Shown: piece after piece, positions 23,818-35,694 of the stretch | How the letters are laid out: each line of letters begins with the position of its first letter | Numbering within the stretch: the stretch's first letter is position 1 | Origin: Squalus acanthias | Lineage: Eukaryota | DNA length: 64,000 bases | Assembly: GCA_030390025.1 (NCBI GenBank) | Contig: CM059432.1 | Location: 46,378,001 to 46,442,000, forward strand | Direction: 5' to 3' | Notes under the pieces: generated by a model | The model's database searches: none | The model's input: only the letters and a program-made list of their open reading frames with translations | Told to the model about the DNA's origin: nothing | Translations under genes and position numbers: made by a program

Positions 23818-24430
23818 CTCCTTTTTCCTTGCTAACAATTGCATTCCATCCTTGATACTTATTTCTTTCAGCTGTTTTGCTGTCGACGCAAATGCTTTAC
23901 ATATATTGATGTAAGCTTTTTTGATGCTTGGTTCCTGTAAAAATCTCTTCCTTGTACCCTTGCTCTGTATGCTGTTCTCCAGAGTTCCACATTTGTAAGT
24001 TCCAGCTAAGATGCAGAAGCTAACTACATATAACTCGTGGGTACAAATTCTGCTCCAGCATGCTCCAGGGATACAGAAGCAGAATTTTTACTCTTTCATT
24101 GTTTCATCACGCTCTTTTTCCCAATTGTTAAAAATATAATGCTCACAGGTTTCATTAGTTTCCCCAACAGAATTGTTCCACATCGGTAAAGGCAACATCA
24201 ATGTCCATCTTGTCTTCATCTGACTCAAACTGAAGATTATCTTCAGTGCCTCTCGGCTTGTGCTGCCAATTAGTGTAACAGTTCTGACAGTTTTTGGCTG
24301 CTTAATGAGACATGATACAATCTCAGAGTTTTAATGACTTTTTCCAGATGCTTGCCAGATTGCCATTCCCAGTGTTGCTGGGAAATAATAGGCTTGCAGG
24401 CTGTTTTCTGGGGATTAATGGTAAACTTTT
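23818..24430 (-). mobile_element. Ty3/Gypsy remnant, gag N-terminal part
   Basis: GNLASIWKK resembles the GNLAENWKK gag start. Purine-rich coding-like minus strand, contiguous with 21960-22218. Confidence 0.5.
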
Positions 24431-25990
24431 TGTTTTAAATGACTGCTACAGTAACACAGAGCAGTAAAAAATGCAATGTAGTGCCAATATGGAATCAATC
24501 ACACACCAAAGGGGTGATTTTAAACTTGCTTGTTTGGCAGGGAAGGGGGCGAGCGGTTAAAATCGCTGCAGAGTACTTAACGTTCCGTTCCCAATGCGTT
24601 CCTACCGGCTACCATTTTAACCACGCAGTTTTCAGAGTCGGCAGAGGCAACTGCCAGAGACAGATGGGGGCCTCATGAATACATGAAAATTGGGGTCCTA
24701 TAAATGAAATTAGAATCCCAATGCCATTTTAACACAACATTGCAGAAGTTCCACCCAATGGCCAACTCGCCAGTAAAATCTAGCGGGGTTGGTCCCTCAG
24801 ATTCACTGAAGCAGTATGTAAAGGGCACACAGCTGCAGGTATTTGGATCACAGGATCTGTGTGCCATTGTGCTGTTTGGATTATCAGGAGAGTTTCCAGC
24901 CTCTAGATTGCATCTTTATGACATTTGTTGCCTTACCCCCAGTAAGTTCAATCTTCTTATCATGGGTGCTTTGTTGCCAGTTTCATTTGGATGTAGGAAG
25001 AGTTGGAGGAAGAGGAGCAGCAGCAGCAACTTTTGGAATCAGCACCAGGAGCAACTGGGCCTATTAAGATGAAAGCAGGTGAGGGGGAATGCTTGTTGGA
25101 GGCCATACCCAGCAACAGGGTGTACAGGCCATGTGTCACTTTGTTAGATCTATCTGAGAAGCAATGCATCAGGAGGCTTCTCCATTGGAAACCTTTGCAG
25201 TCTCCTGCAACAGAACCTGCTGCCTGCTGGACCAGGGGGCTATGCTTTAGAACATAAGAACATAAGAAATAGGAGCAGGAGTAGGCCATTTGGCCCTTCG
25301 AGCCTGCTCCGCCATTCAATAAGATCATGGCTGATCTTCTACCTCATCTCCACTTTCCTGAACTATCCCCATATCCCTTGATTCCCTTAATATTCAAAAA
25401 TCTATCGATCTCTGTCTTAAATATACTCAACGATTGAGCCTCCACAGCCCTCTGGGGTAGAGAATTCCAAAGATTACTACCCTCTGAGTGAAGAAATGTC
25501 TCCTCATCTCAGTCCAAAATGGCTGACCTCTTATTCTGAGACTGTGACCCCTGGTTCTAGACTCCCCAGCCAGGGGAAACATCCTCCCTGTCAAGCCCTG
25601 TAAGAATTTTGTATGTTTCAATGAGATCACCTCTCATTCTTCTGAACTCTAGAGAATATAGGCCTAGTCTACTCAATCTCTCCTCATAGGACAATCCCCC
25701 CATCCCAGTTACCAGTCTGGTGAAACTTCGTTGCACTCCCTCTATGGCAAGTATATCCTTCCTTAGGACATTGTACACAATACTCCAGGTGTGTTCTTGC
25801 CAGGGCCCTATATAATTGCAGTAAGACTTTACTCTTATACTCAAATCCTCTTGTAATAAAGGCCAACATACCATTTGCTTTCCTAATTTTTTTTGTACCT
25901 GCATGTTAACTTTCAGTGATTCTTGTACACGGACACCCAGGTCCCTCTGAATACCAACATTTCCCAATCTCTCACCATTTAAAAAATATT

Positions 25991-26884
25991 GGGGTAAAAA
26001 TTCAGTTGGTTGCGCCTCCCGTTAGCGCCTTAAGAGGGCGCTAATGGGGTGCAAAGCCGCTAACGCCCGGGCGCAGCGATGTTTGCGCCGCTCGGGAACT
26101 TAACTAGAGATTGTGCGGCGGCGCTAAACTTTACCGCTGCGACCACCTGCGCGCGCAGATTGTGACGTCATTCCATGGTGCAACGCCCTTGTGGCGCCCC
26201 GGAGCGGAAATTGAGTGGCGCCCCCTGCCTTACCGCCTGGCGCATCCAACGACCAGAAGACTGGAATGCTATCAATCGCTGTGGGGCTGGGGGGGGGTGC
26301 TATTTAAAGGGGGCCTCTTCCTGTCTTTTATTGTTGGTGGCATTTTTGAACTACGCATTCTGAGAGAGAGAGGGAGAGACTTCTGGAGAGATTCAACGTT
26401 GTGTGAAGGAGTTTTGGGTACTGAGCAGCACTTTGCAGGTCCATTTTGATTTGCCATTCCTTGTATCGATTTAGCAGAGACTGTGGGAGCTGCACTCTGA
26501 GCTCTTTGCCTGGTACTCTCCATTGTTCTTTCCAGCAGATTTGATGTGCAAGTCTCTCCAGGCCGAGATTCAAGGCTGCAATGAACAGGATGTGGATGGA
26601 AAGCAAGATTAACCATCCCCTTTAAGAACTGGCCCATGCCATTGTGTGTGTGTTCCATTGCTGACTGACATTACATGAGCTTCGCCAGCGCTCTGAGTTA
26701 GCGCCTCACTCCTTGGCCTTTGCGCCTTAAGACAGGTGTGCAGCGCCTGATTTAGCACTCCACTCACCTCCCGGGGCGGTAAAAGTGAAGTTTCCAGTCA
26801 GTGCCGATAATTAGCGCCAGGCGCTAATATTTGCGTCCAGACAATATTTGCGCCCCAAATGGGGCGCGACCTAATTTTTCCCCC
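25991..26884. mobile_element. Harbinger-type MITE (twin 1)
   Basis: TIR GGGGTAAAAATT / AATTTTTCCCCC with ATT TSD. Confidence 0.88.
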
Positions 26885-27449
26885 ATTATGTTTTTCTATT
26901 TTTCCTACCAATGTGGATAACTTCATATTTCTCCACATTATATTCCATTTGCCATGTTCTTGCCCACTCACTTAGCCTGTCTATATCCCCTTGAAGTCTC
27001 CTTGCATCCTCCTCACAACTTACATTCCCACCCAGCTTTGTATCATCAGCAAACTTGGATATATTACATTTGGTCCCCTCATCCGAATCATTGATGTAGA
27101 TTGTGAATAGCTGAGGGCGAAGCACTGATCCTTGCGGTACCCCACTAGTTACAGCCTGCCAACCCGAAAATGACCCGTTTATTCCTACTCTCTTTTTTCT
27201 GTCTTTTAAGCAATCCTCAATCCATGTTAGTATATTACCCCCAATCCCATGAGCACTAATTTTGTTTAATAACCTCTTGTGTGGCACCTTATCGAATGCC
27301 TTCTGAAAATCCAAATACACCACATCCACTGGTTTCCCCATATCTATTCTGCTAGTTACAACCTCAAAAATCTCTAACAGATTTGTCAAACACAATTTTC
27401 CTTTCATAAATCCGTGTTGACTCTGCCTAATCCTATTATTATTTTCTAA

Positions 27450-28342
27450 GGGGGAAAAATTCAGTTGGTTGCACCTCCCATTAGCGCCTTAAGAGGGCGA
27501 TAATGGGGCGCAAAGCAACTAGCGCCCGGGCGCGGCGATGTTTGCACCGCTCGTGAAATTAACTAGACATTTTGCGGCGGCCCTAAACACTACCGTCACG
27601 ATCTCCTGCGCTGGCAGATCGTGACATCAGTCGAGTGCGCAACGCCCCGGTAGCGCCCCGGAGCGGATATTGAGTGGCGCCCCCTGCCTTACCGTCTGCC
27701 GCTAGCAACGACAGGTTGAGTGGAGCATTTTGCAGTCAGGAAGGGACTGGGGGAGCGCTATTTAAAGGCGACCGCTTCCTGCCTTTTTTTGTCGGCGACA
27801 TTTTTGAACCACGCATTCTGAGAGAGAGAGGGAGAGACTTCTGGAGAGATTCAACGCTGTGTGAAGGAGTTTTGGGTACTGAGCAGCACTTTGCAGGTTC
27901 ATTTTGATTTTCCCTTCCTTGTATCGATTTAGAAGAGACTGTGGGGGTTGCACTCTGAGCTCTTTCCTTGGTGCTCTCCATTGTTCTTTCCAGCAGATTT
28001 GATGTACATGTCTCTCCAGGCCGAGATTCAAGGCTGCAATGAGCAGGATGTGGATGGAAAGCAAAATCAACCCTCCCCTTTAAGAACTGGCCAGCGCCAT
28101 TGTGTCTGTGTTCTATTGCTGACTGACATCACATGAGCTTCGCCAGCGCTCTGAGTTAGCGCCTCGCTCCTCAGCCTTTGCGCCTTAAGACAGATGTGTA
28201 GCGCCTGATTTAGCGCTCCAATCACCTCCAGGGGCGATAAAAGTCAAGTTTTCAGTCGGAGGCGATATTGAGCGCCAGGCGCTAATCTTTGCGCCCGGCC
28301 GATAATTGCGCCCCAAATGGGGCGATACTGAATTTCTCCCCC
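27450..28342. mobile_element. Harbinger-type MITE (twin 2)
   Basis: TIR GGGGGAAAAATTCAGT / ACTGAATTTCTCCCCC (15/16) with TAA TSD. Confidence 0.9.
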
Positions 28343-29399
28343 TAAGTGCACTGTTACCACGTCCTTAATAATAGATTCTAGCATTTTCCCTACTACTGAT
28401 GTCAGGCTAACTGGTCTGTAGTTACCCGTTTTCACTCTCCCTCCTTTCTTAAATAGTGGGGTTACATTTGCTACCTTTCAATCCACGGGATCCATTCTAG
28501 AATCTATGGAATTTTGGAAAATGATAACCAATGCATCTACTATCTCTATAGCCACCTCTTTCAAAACCCTATTTTTCAGTGGCTCTCAAACTCACCGCAG
28601 CCCTTAACTTCTTCGACACTGGCTCTTTCCATTTTGCTACAGGGGACATCACCTGCATCTCCCAGTCCACAGTACACAGCTCTATTAAGCAGATCAGGGA
28701 TGAACTGGTCACCAGGGCTGAGCAGTACATTACCTTCCCCATTGACCTCAACAGTCAACACAAGCGAGCCCAGGGATTTGCAGCAGTGACTGGTTTCCCT
28801 CAGGCCCAGGGCATCATTGACTGCACACATGTTGCCATCAGTGCACTGGAAGACTAGCCAGCAGCATTGATGAATAGGAAGGCCGACCAATCAAACAAAG
28901 TTTGTGCAATGTGCCCAGCCAGCTGTCACGATGCATTTATCCTGCAGCACTCAACTATCCACTCAATATTCAAACCTTCCACCAACTGGACTGGGTGGCT
29001 GCTGGGAAACAAGGGATATCCCCTAAGTATGTTGCTCTTGACTCTCCACGGCCACCCCATCCCTCATAAGTAGCACAAGTATAATCAATGCTATTCGACC
29101 ACAGGATTATTATTGACCACACCATAGGGCTGTGGAAGCAGAGATTCAGATGTCTGGAGAGGTTTGGGGATCCCTAAAATATGCCCCGCAAAGAATCTCC
29201 TACATCATAGTTGTGTGCTGAATGCTACACAAACTTGTCAGACAGAGAGGCCTGCATTTTGAGGATGCACAGCAACAGCAGCAGTCCTCATCAGATGAAG
29301 AAGGCGTGGATGCAACTAGGAAGTTCCTGGCAACTATACTCGTCTTCATTGTGAACAGGAGGTTAAGATTTTTCTGTACAAAGCTGTAGGCCAGGTCCT

Positions 29400-31600
29400 G
29401 GCATCATCCCAGCTGCAGTCTTGATAACATCCCAGCTGTAGTGCTGAAGGCCTGGGCACCAGAGCTAGTCACAACTGTGACACTGGCATCTACCCGACAA
29501 TGTGGAAAATTGCCCAACTATGGCCTATCCACTAAACACAGGATGGCCGCGAAATTGAGAGGTTTAGTGCAGGCCGTTAAGGCCGGTTTTGCTGAAAAAA
29601 TGGCATCCACCTCACTTCCGCCCGCTTCTGGTGGCCGCCATTTTGGGAAGGTCAGCAGCGCTGCCGTTGCCTGCACTTGCTGCCCACATGTAAATTACGT
29701 AGATTGTGACCTCAATCAGAGCGCAATGCCTGAATTGACACACGACTGTGATTTTGGACATCACCGGTCTTGATACCGCCCTCTCCAAACATTGCACGGA
29801 AGAACGTACGTACAGCAGTACTACAGAGACGCTGCCAGCGCTTTGTAAAGAGACACACACATCTTTCAGGTAAGTTTAGATTTTAGCTTTTGGATTTTTT
29901 TTTACACTTCCTTGGAGTAGTGGCTTGGTGCAATACATTAAAAAAGTTGTTAAAGTGTGCAGACAGTGCCGGAGTGCTGCTGAACGTTTGCAAGGCTTTG
30001 GATTTTAAAGGAAGGCCTCTGAGAACACCACTTGCTCACCGTCCTGGGGGCTCTAGTTGTAATCCCCCTTGTGCTGTAACATCACATGAAGATGAAGCAG
30101 AGGCAGCAAAGGGGACAAGCAGCTCACAGAGGGAAGAGGAAGAAGCAGAAGAGGAGGAAGCAAAAGGAAAGAGGCAACCCAGACAGCCCCTTTCTGGCCG
30201 GGATATCTTGAATCAAATCATTCACCTGCAGTACCAGTGAACAAAACCCCAATCCCCTTTTCAACATTTGTCCCACGCCTTACCTTCCCTCTGTTACTGA
30301 CTATCACAGCGTCCTCTTGACCACAATGCTGAAATAAAAGCCACCACAAAGCAAACTTTCCAATCCAACTTTATCCATATAAGCACCAAAAAATCAACTA
30401 ATCACCCTTGTGCATTCCCTTAGTGAGTGTCTTGCGTCTGCCTTTGCCTAACCTAGTGCTGTTACACAGTGCTACCTCAATGGCTGCAGCATGGCTGGTG
30501 GAAGGCTGCTGACTTTCAGTGGGGTACACTGCAGATGGCCTTGCAGGACGACCTCAAGGAGCTGGTGGCTGGGAGTGTGAAATGGAGTGATGGTGTTTCT
30601 TCTTTTTCTTCTTCTTCACTCTCCTCTCCCTCTTCTTGGTGAACCACTGACTGGACAGGCTGGATTTCTTGGGTGTCTGAAATGAGGAAGGCACAAGGGT
30701 AGAGTTGTGTGAGGGGAGGGTGGGAGAGCAAGAGTTGCGTGCTTACATCATGTGCAGTTTGTACATCAGAAGATATTGTGGGATGAGGGGGAAGTGGGAG
30801 ATGAGAAGGAGGATAACGTGTGAGGATATCAGCATCTTGTATTCTTGCAGCCAACCCACTGGTCAAGGACTCGGCCATGCCCCTGCCAAGAATGGGTGAG
30901 GTGAAGCAAGGAAGGTGAGGTGTGCCTCGTGTTTGGTAGAGATTGTTGGTGGGTGAGTGATGAAGGGGGGGTTGTACATTGAGCAATATGTGAGGCTAGT
31001 GGTGCAGTTGTTGGGAGATGGCTTTTGAAGATGCATTCACTGACCTTGACCACTTGTCTGAGGACATGAGACTTCTTTGGGCACTGGAGCCAGGTCCTGG
31101 GGGCAACACTGCTGACAGTGATGGCCTCAGCGATCTTATCCCACACCCTTCTTTTCACCTTTCAGAGCTGCAGACTGCCTAGATCGGAAGGATTTTAATT
31201 TTTTTCCCCCAAAAGGCAGTTCAGCTTTAAGGGCTAGAGACTTGCTTGAAAAGGAACAGGCTAGCTTTAAGTAAAGGCAGCCTCGCTCCAGCGACGCGAA
31301 CTTGGGCCCCTGCTGAGCGCACAGCCTGTCAGCAGTGCGTTAGTCACTAGGTTGTGCGCTATAATCATGTAAAGTAGCAGGCAGCACCAAATTGAAGTAT
31401 TGCCTGTGCTTTCTGAACGGGTGCAGGCATATCTCGCATCGCGGCCCCGCGCCCGTTTTTGGGCCTTATCGAATTTCATCCCGATAAGTTTAACCCAGCC
31501 AATTACTGCTCTATAAGCCTCTTCACAGTTATCAGTGAAGTGATGGAAGGAGTCATCAATCGTGCCATCAAGCGACACCTACTCACCACTATCCCGCTCA
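29400..31600 (+). mobile_element. LINE family B RT fragment (about 29400-29544 and 31483-31600), split by a Harbinger element
   Basis: DNIPAVVLK..GIYPTMWKIAQ..QD|KFNPANYCSISL joins across the insertion. Confidence 0.75.
29545..31482. mobile_element. PIF/Harbinger deletion derivative
   Basis: Ends GGCCGCGAAATT / AATTTCATCCC with GAT TSD. Acidic transposase-like C-terminus on + (30060-30240). Myb/SANT remnant on - (VWDKIAEAITVSSVAPRTWLQC). Confidence 0.83.
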
Positions 31601-32222
31601 CTAACACTTAGGACTTGATTTTAACTGTTCCTGCTGGGTGGGCAATGGGCCAGCTGACCGTTGTACAACCTGGTCATTTTTCCTATCCATTACATTCAGT
31701 TAATAGTTACATGGTAATGTAACTTAAGCTGCGGTTATATTCAGCACAACCTGCTTGTTTTAAAGCAAAAAAATCCTCAAATGTTTATGAAAGCCTAAGG
31801 ACAAATGCAAATGTAGAAGGTTCAAAACGTATTTCCCAGGGATGGTGGAGGGCTGTCTGGGGGCCTGCTTCTCCCAGAAATTTTAAATTTGTGACACTTT
31901 ATTTGGTACTTTTTCCAGTATTTTGAAAACTGCAATGAACACGGCGACGCATTTTCTTTTCACCTAAAAAGGGACATTTACTACATTTTATTGTAAATGA
32001 CACTCTAGTTGATTTAAAAAAAAATATATTGTAAAATTTCATTCAGCAGCAGCAAATAATTACTTGCAGAGAAAAAATATTTTTAAGAAAATAGCAAATA
32101 GGGGATTTAAATCCTGTTTTAGTGACCATGGGATCAGTCAGGCTGTAGAATTATGCAAAATAACAACAGAAAACGCTGGAAAAACTCAGCAGGCCAGGCA
32201 GCATCCGTGGAGAGAGAAAGAG

Positions 32223-32259
32223 AGTTAACGTTTCAGGTCGATGACCTTTCATCAGAACT
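32223..32259 (-). ncRNA. Minimal type I hammerhead ribozyme motif (downstream copy)
   Basis: Minus strand AGTT-CTGATGA-A-AGGTC(ATC)GACCT-GAAAC-GTT/AACT. Confidence 0.8.
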
Positions 32260-32614
32260 GTGAAGAGCCGGAAATCAAATAGATTTAAGGCCAGAGTAAA
32301 GCTGGGAAAAGGGGGAGGGGGATAAAAGAACAAAGGGGGAGATGAAGAGACATTAAGAGACATTAAGAGATATGCAAGGCAAACACGAGAAGGGAAACTG
32401 AAATCAATGAAGATGAACAAGGTTGAAGAGCCAAACGGAAATCCCGTCGAAGAGAAGAGCAGAACTTCTTCAAGGTAGGCATTCCTAGAAGAGAGGTGGC
32501 AGTGAACCAAACACTAATACGATAGCAAAATACTGCGGATGCTGGAAATCTGAAATAACAACAGAAAACGCTGGAAAAACTCAGGCCAGGCAGCATCCGT
32601 GGAGAGAGAAAGAG

Positions 32615-32651
32615 AGTTAACGTTTCAGGTCGATGACCTTTCATCAGAACT
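32615..32651 (-). ncRNA. Minimal type I hammerhead ribozyme motif (upstream copy)
   Basis: Identical to 32223-32259. Confidence 0.8.
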
Positions 32652-33191
32652 GTGAAGAGCCGGAAATCAAATAGATTTAAGGCCAGAGTAAAGCTGGGAA
32701 AAGGGGGAGGGGATAAAAGAACAAAGGGGGAGATAATTATGCACATTACTTCTGAATGTAACACCCCCTCCCCCTCCCCCCACATTTTTCCTGTGCATGT
32801 GCAAACCTGTGTTGCATTTCTAGGCAGATCCTTCAGGCATGTTCCCCTGGAAAATGTTGGTGTTAAACATTGTGAATTCTGGTTAATTTCAAACAATTTT
32901 ATAATTCACAATTGATAGATTTTTAATCTCAGAAAAAGGATTGTGACCATTTGGGTTTTCAACAGAACAACCAGACTATTATTTCTCCAAAAGCTACCGC
33001 AAATCACTCACATGACTGCCCCTACCCTGCCCCAGTTTCCAGAAGCACTCTATCGTCCTTGGACCCAACTTATAGAGATAGTTCAATTCCTCTCCAGCTT
33101 CTTCAGTTCAAGCTGGCACTCTCTTTCCTCCCCATCCAAAAACACTGCTCCTGGCTACTTCCCATTTAGTCCTCTCCACCACAAAAGCATT

Positions 33192-33622
33192 GGCCCAAAA
33201 TTTGCGATTGGAGGCTTCCAACGGACCTGTTAAAAAATCTAGGCATTTACCTGGTGGCCCGGGAGGTACGGAGGCTTGTGATCCTGGGCGCCTCCAGTGA
33301 CTCGCGGGCAGAGGCCCACATAGCCCAGGGATCACGTGGACCGGCCCAACCAATAAAAGAAGGGAATCCCCATTCATACTTATGGGAGTTGCGTACGTAC
33401 CAGGTGTAAGAATTTCACAGGCATTCAGCGGGCGGAAGTTGGGCAAATAGCGCAACTCTCCACCCGCAGAAGGCCTTCTCCCGGGGATGCGGAGGATCTT
33501 GACAGATCGCAAGTTCCGGGTTTTAGCGCATGTGCTTCGCATGCCTAAACCCGGAACTTGCACGGCCCCTACGGGTGCGTACACACCTCGTACGCACCCA
33601 TAGGGGTCGCAAAATATGGCCC
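33192..33622. mobile_element. Harbinger-type MITE
   Basis: TIR GGCCCAAAATTTGCGA / TCGCAAAATATGGCCC with flanks ATT/AAT. Internal 15-bp perfect inverted repeat spanning 33509-33561. Confidence 0.75.
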
Positions 33623-33774
33623 AATGCTTCTATTTCCTTTCATCCCCTCTCCATTCCACCCTTCCCTGTCCCCTACCCCCAGCCTCTTTCCCTTTTTCCT
33701 CCAATCTCCTCTACCCCATTCCCTCTCCCCTTTCCCGTTTCCTCTTCCATTTACTTTCCCCTCCACTTTATAGT

Positions 33775-33960
33775 GTCGCCTTGGTTCAGTGGTAGCACTC
33801 TTGCTTCTGAGTCACAATATGGTGGGTTCAATGCTTCCCACAGCCTGGAGCTGCCACTTCAAAGTAAAACTGAGCGAGTGCTGCATTGCTAGAAGTGGTG
33901 TATTTAGGATGAAGTATTATTGCTAATGTCCTGTCTTCCTATGGAAATAAATCCTAGCGT
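33775..33960 (+). mobile_element. Decayed tRNA-derived SINE (SacSINE1/DeuSINE-like)
   Basis: TGGTTCAGTGGTAGCACTCTTGCTTCTGAGTCA A-box, GGGTTCAA B-box and gagtgctgcattg body. A shorter head of the same family lies at about 40045-40085. Confidence 0.6.
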
Positions 33961-34422
33961 CATCATTTAAACTTCAGCCCACTTATAATTTATAACAGAA
34001 TTTTGGAAGTGGCTGCCTTCCATTAAATCCTGGGTTAATTGTATCAATGGACATGCTCAGTTCAATTTGTAGCTGCAGTGTTGTCACACAGTAAAATGTT
34101 TTGTTGTATCTTGGATTCATCTAAACATTAAAATTTACTGTTCTCTGTACTTATTGCTAGTACACTTCCCTTTAAAATACTCATCTAACATTTATATATT
34201 AATCTCGTTATCTCACTGTTTACTCAGCCTATTCTCTTATCCTAACTATCTGTTGGCTGAAATACTTAAACATCTAATCACTTATTAAAAATATGAATGA
34301 GATTACAATGTTAATGAGGCTGTTGGTTTAATCAGTCTCTGACAGCTCATCAGTAAAAGTCTAGGCCTGTGAGCAGTAAATGAATTTGTAGCTTAGACAA
34401 CCCGACAGGCTGAAGAAACAGT

Positions 34423-34872
34423 GGGGTGGAATTTGAGGCCTCCTGCATGGCGGAAACAGGATGGTAGCACCCCGAAAATGGGGGCCAATGACCTACCACC
34501 GTCCATTGATACCATTGCTGTTGCCACGGCAATGTTCACCGGGACCTCCCACTGGGCGGCCGGAGCAGCCCCTGAGTCAGGTGGTAGGACCATCTCAAAT
34601 GGAAATCAGGCCCTATAGTGTACACGGGACCCTGCTCGCCATTTTTGGACTGAGCTGGCTGGAGCATGCTCCGGGCATGCTCTGACCAGTATCAGGCGGC
34701 AGTCCTGCCAAAGAGGATCCCTCAGGTGAGTTCCTCTTCATCTTTTGTACAGAGTTCCACAAACCTGACCTCGGTGGCTGCTGCGCTGTCTTCCTCCCCC
34801 CTCCGCAGGAACCTACCTTCCATCGGCCTCGAGGCACGCCTCAAAATTGATTTTTGGGGCAAAGTCCACCCC
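34423..34872. mobile_element. Harbinger-type MITE
   Basis: TIR GGGGTGGAATTTG / CAAAGTCCACCCC with AGT TSD. Confidence 0.82.
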
Positions 34873-35694
34873 AGTGGTTCAATTATTTCAGTACCTTAAC
34901 AAATATTTGAATGTGTTTGGAATCTGGTAATCTGTTCTTCAATATAATGAATTTTGCTGTTTGCAAAGGACTCCGAGTCCTCTTTCACAACCGGAAGTCA
35001 GTATTCTAGCTGAAAAGTGCTGACTCCAGGCATTCCCACTGATGCATTGAAGACTGTTTCTTATGAGCTTAAAAAGTACATTTAGGGTAATCAATTGAAA
35101 CTTCTGTGTTGAAGGTAGATTTCCTCTGTTTTCTATTTGCAGCAATATCATAAACAGGTATATAAAGAACGTGTTACTAAATTCCCCAGAAATGATGAGC
35201 GGAGGCAGAATAATAACAGTAACATGTAAACTCCTGGCATCCCTATATCTCTCCCTGACCAAAGAACACTTGTTGGCCACATTTATACTTCATTTATAGG
35301 AGCAACACCTTCCTCCACCAGTGTCTCTGTGAGCCAGTGTTGGAAGTTTCCACCACATTTGTGCTTGTTAAAAGGTGAATTATATGTCGGAACCTCACTG
35401 ACCATGAGTTGCTTTGTGTAAAAAGGAGCAAGCAAGCTTATCAGTACATATTTGCTTGTTTATCTGAATCTAATATTTCCGATGTTATTGTAAAGATGAT
35501 CGGGTAGCTCTGTATCTATTCTCTCAGTATGTATTGTGCAGCAACAGGTGCAGCAGCACAGCTGGGGTGAAATTCTGGCACTCTGGATGTTCTGTATGAC
35601 GGATGTTGATAATGATTCACACAGGAAGATTCATGCAACAGAACCAGACATCAACATACCAGCCATTGATACATATATTGCCATATCATCAAAT

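Larger units (their letters stand above)
25249..28570 (-). mobile_element. 5'-truncated CR1 carrying two MITE insertions
   Basis: Tail at 25249, RT ORF 26886-27407, NYRPVSL at 28244-28435. Confidence 0.92.
24511..29330 (+). mobile_element. PIF/Harbinger element with decayed HARBI1-like transposase, split by a CR1 at 25249-28570
   Basis: Left end GGGGTGATTTTAA. MGALL start at 24962, RVYRPCVTLLDLSEKQCIRRL, then after the CR1 VALKLTAALNFFDTGSF...GFPQAQGIIDCTHV, SCHDAFIL, WLLGNKGYP, IGLWKQRFRCL. Right end not resolved. Confidence 0.85.
32158..32734 (-). mobile_element. Penelope-like element partial tandem (terminal repeat, ORF start, terminal repeat)
   Basis: About 185-nt direct repeats (32158-32343, 32553-32734), each with a hammerhead. 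9-bp TSD AATTATGCA (32149-32157, 32735-32743). Spacer reads MPTLKKFCSSLRRDFRLALQPCSSSLISVSLLVF. Confidence 0.82.

Noticed and set aside
24430..24510. Gypsy primer-binding site and 5' LTR
   Set aside because: Only a weak TGGTGT on the minus strand next to the Harbinger end. No LTR pair could be identified.
28579..29250. Domesticated HARBI1 gene
   Set aside because: Multiple stops and frameshifts, interruption by a CR1 and an adjacent TIR-like end indicate a dead transposon.
33775..33845. tRNA gene
   Set aside because: A and B boxes are present but there is no complete cloverleaf, and it continues into a SINE body.
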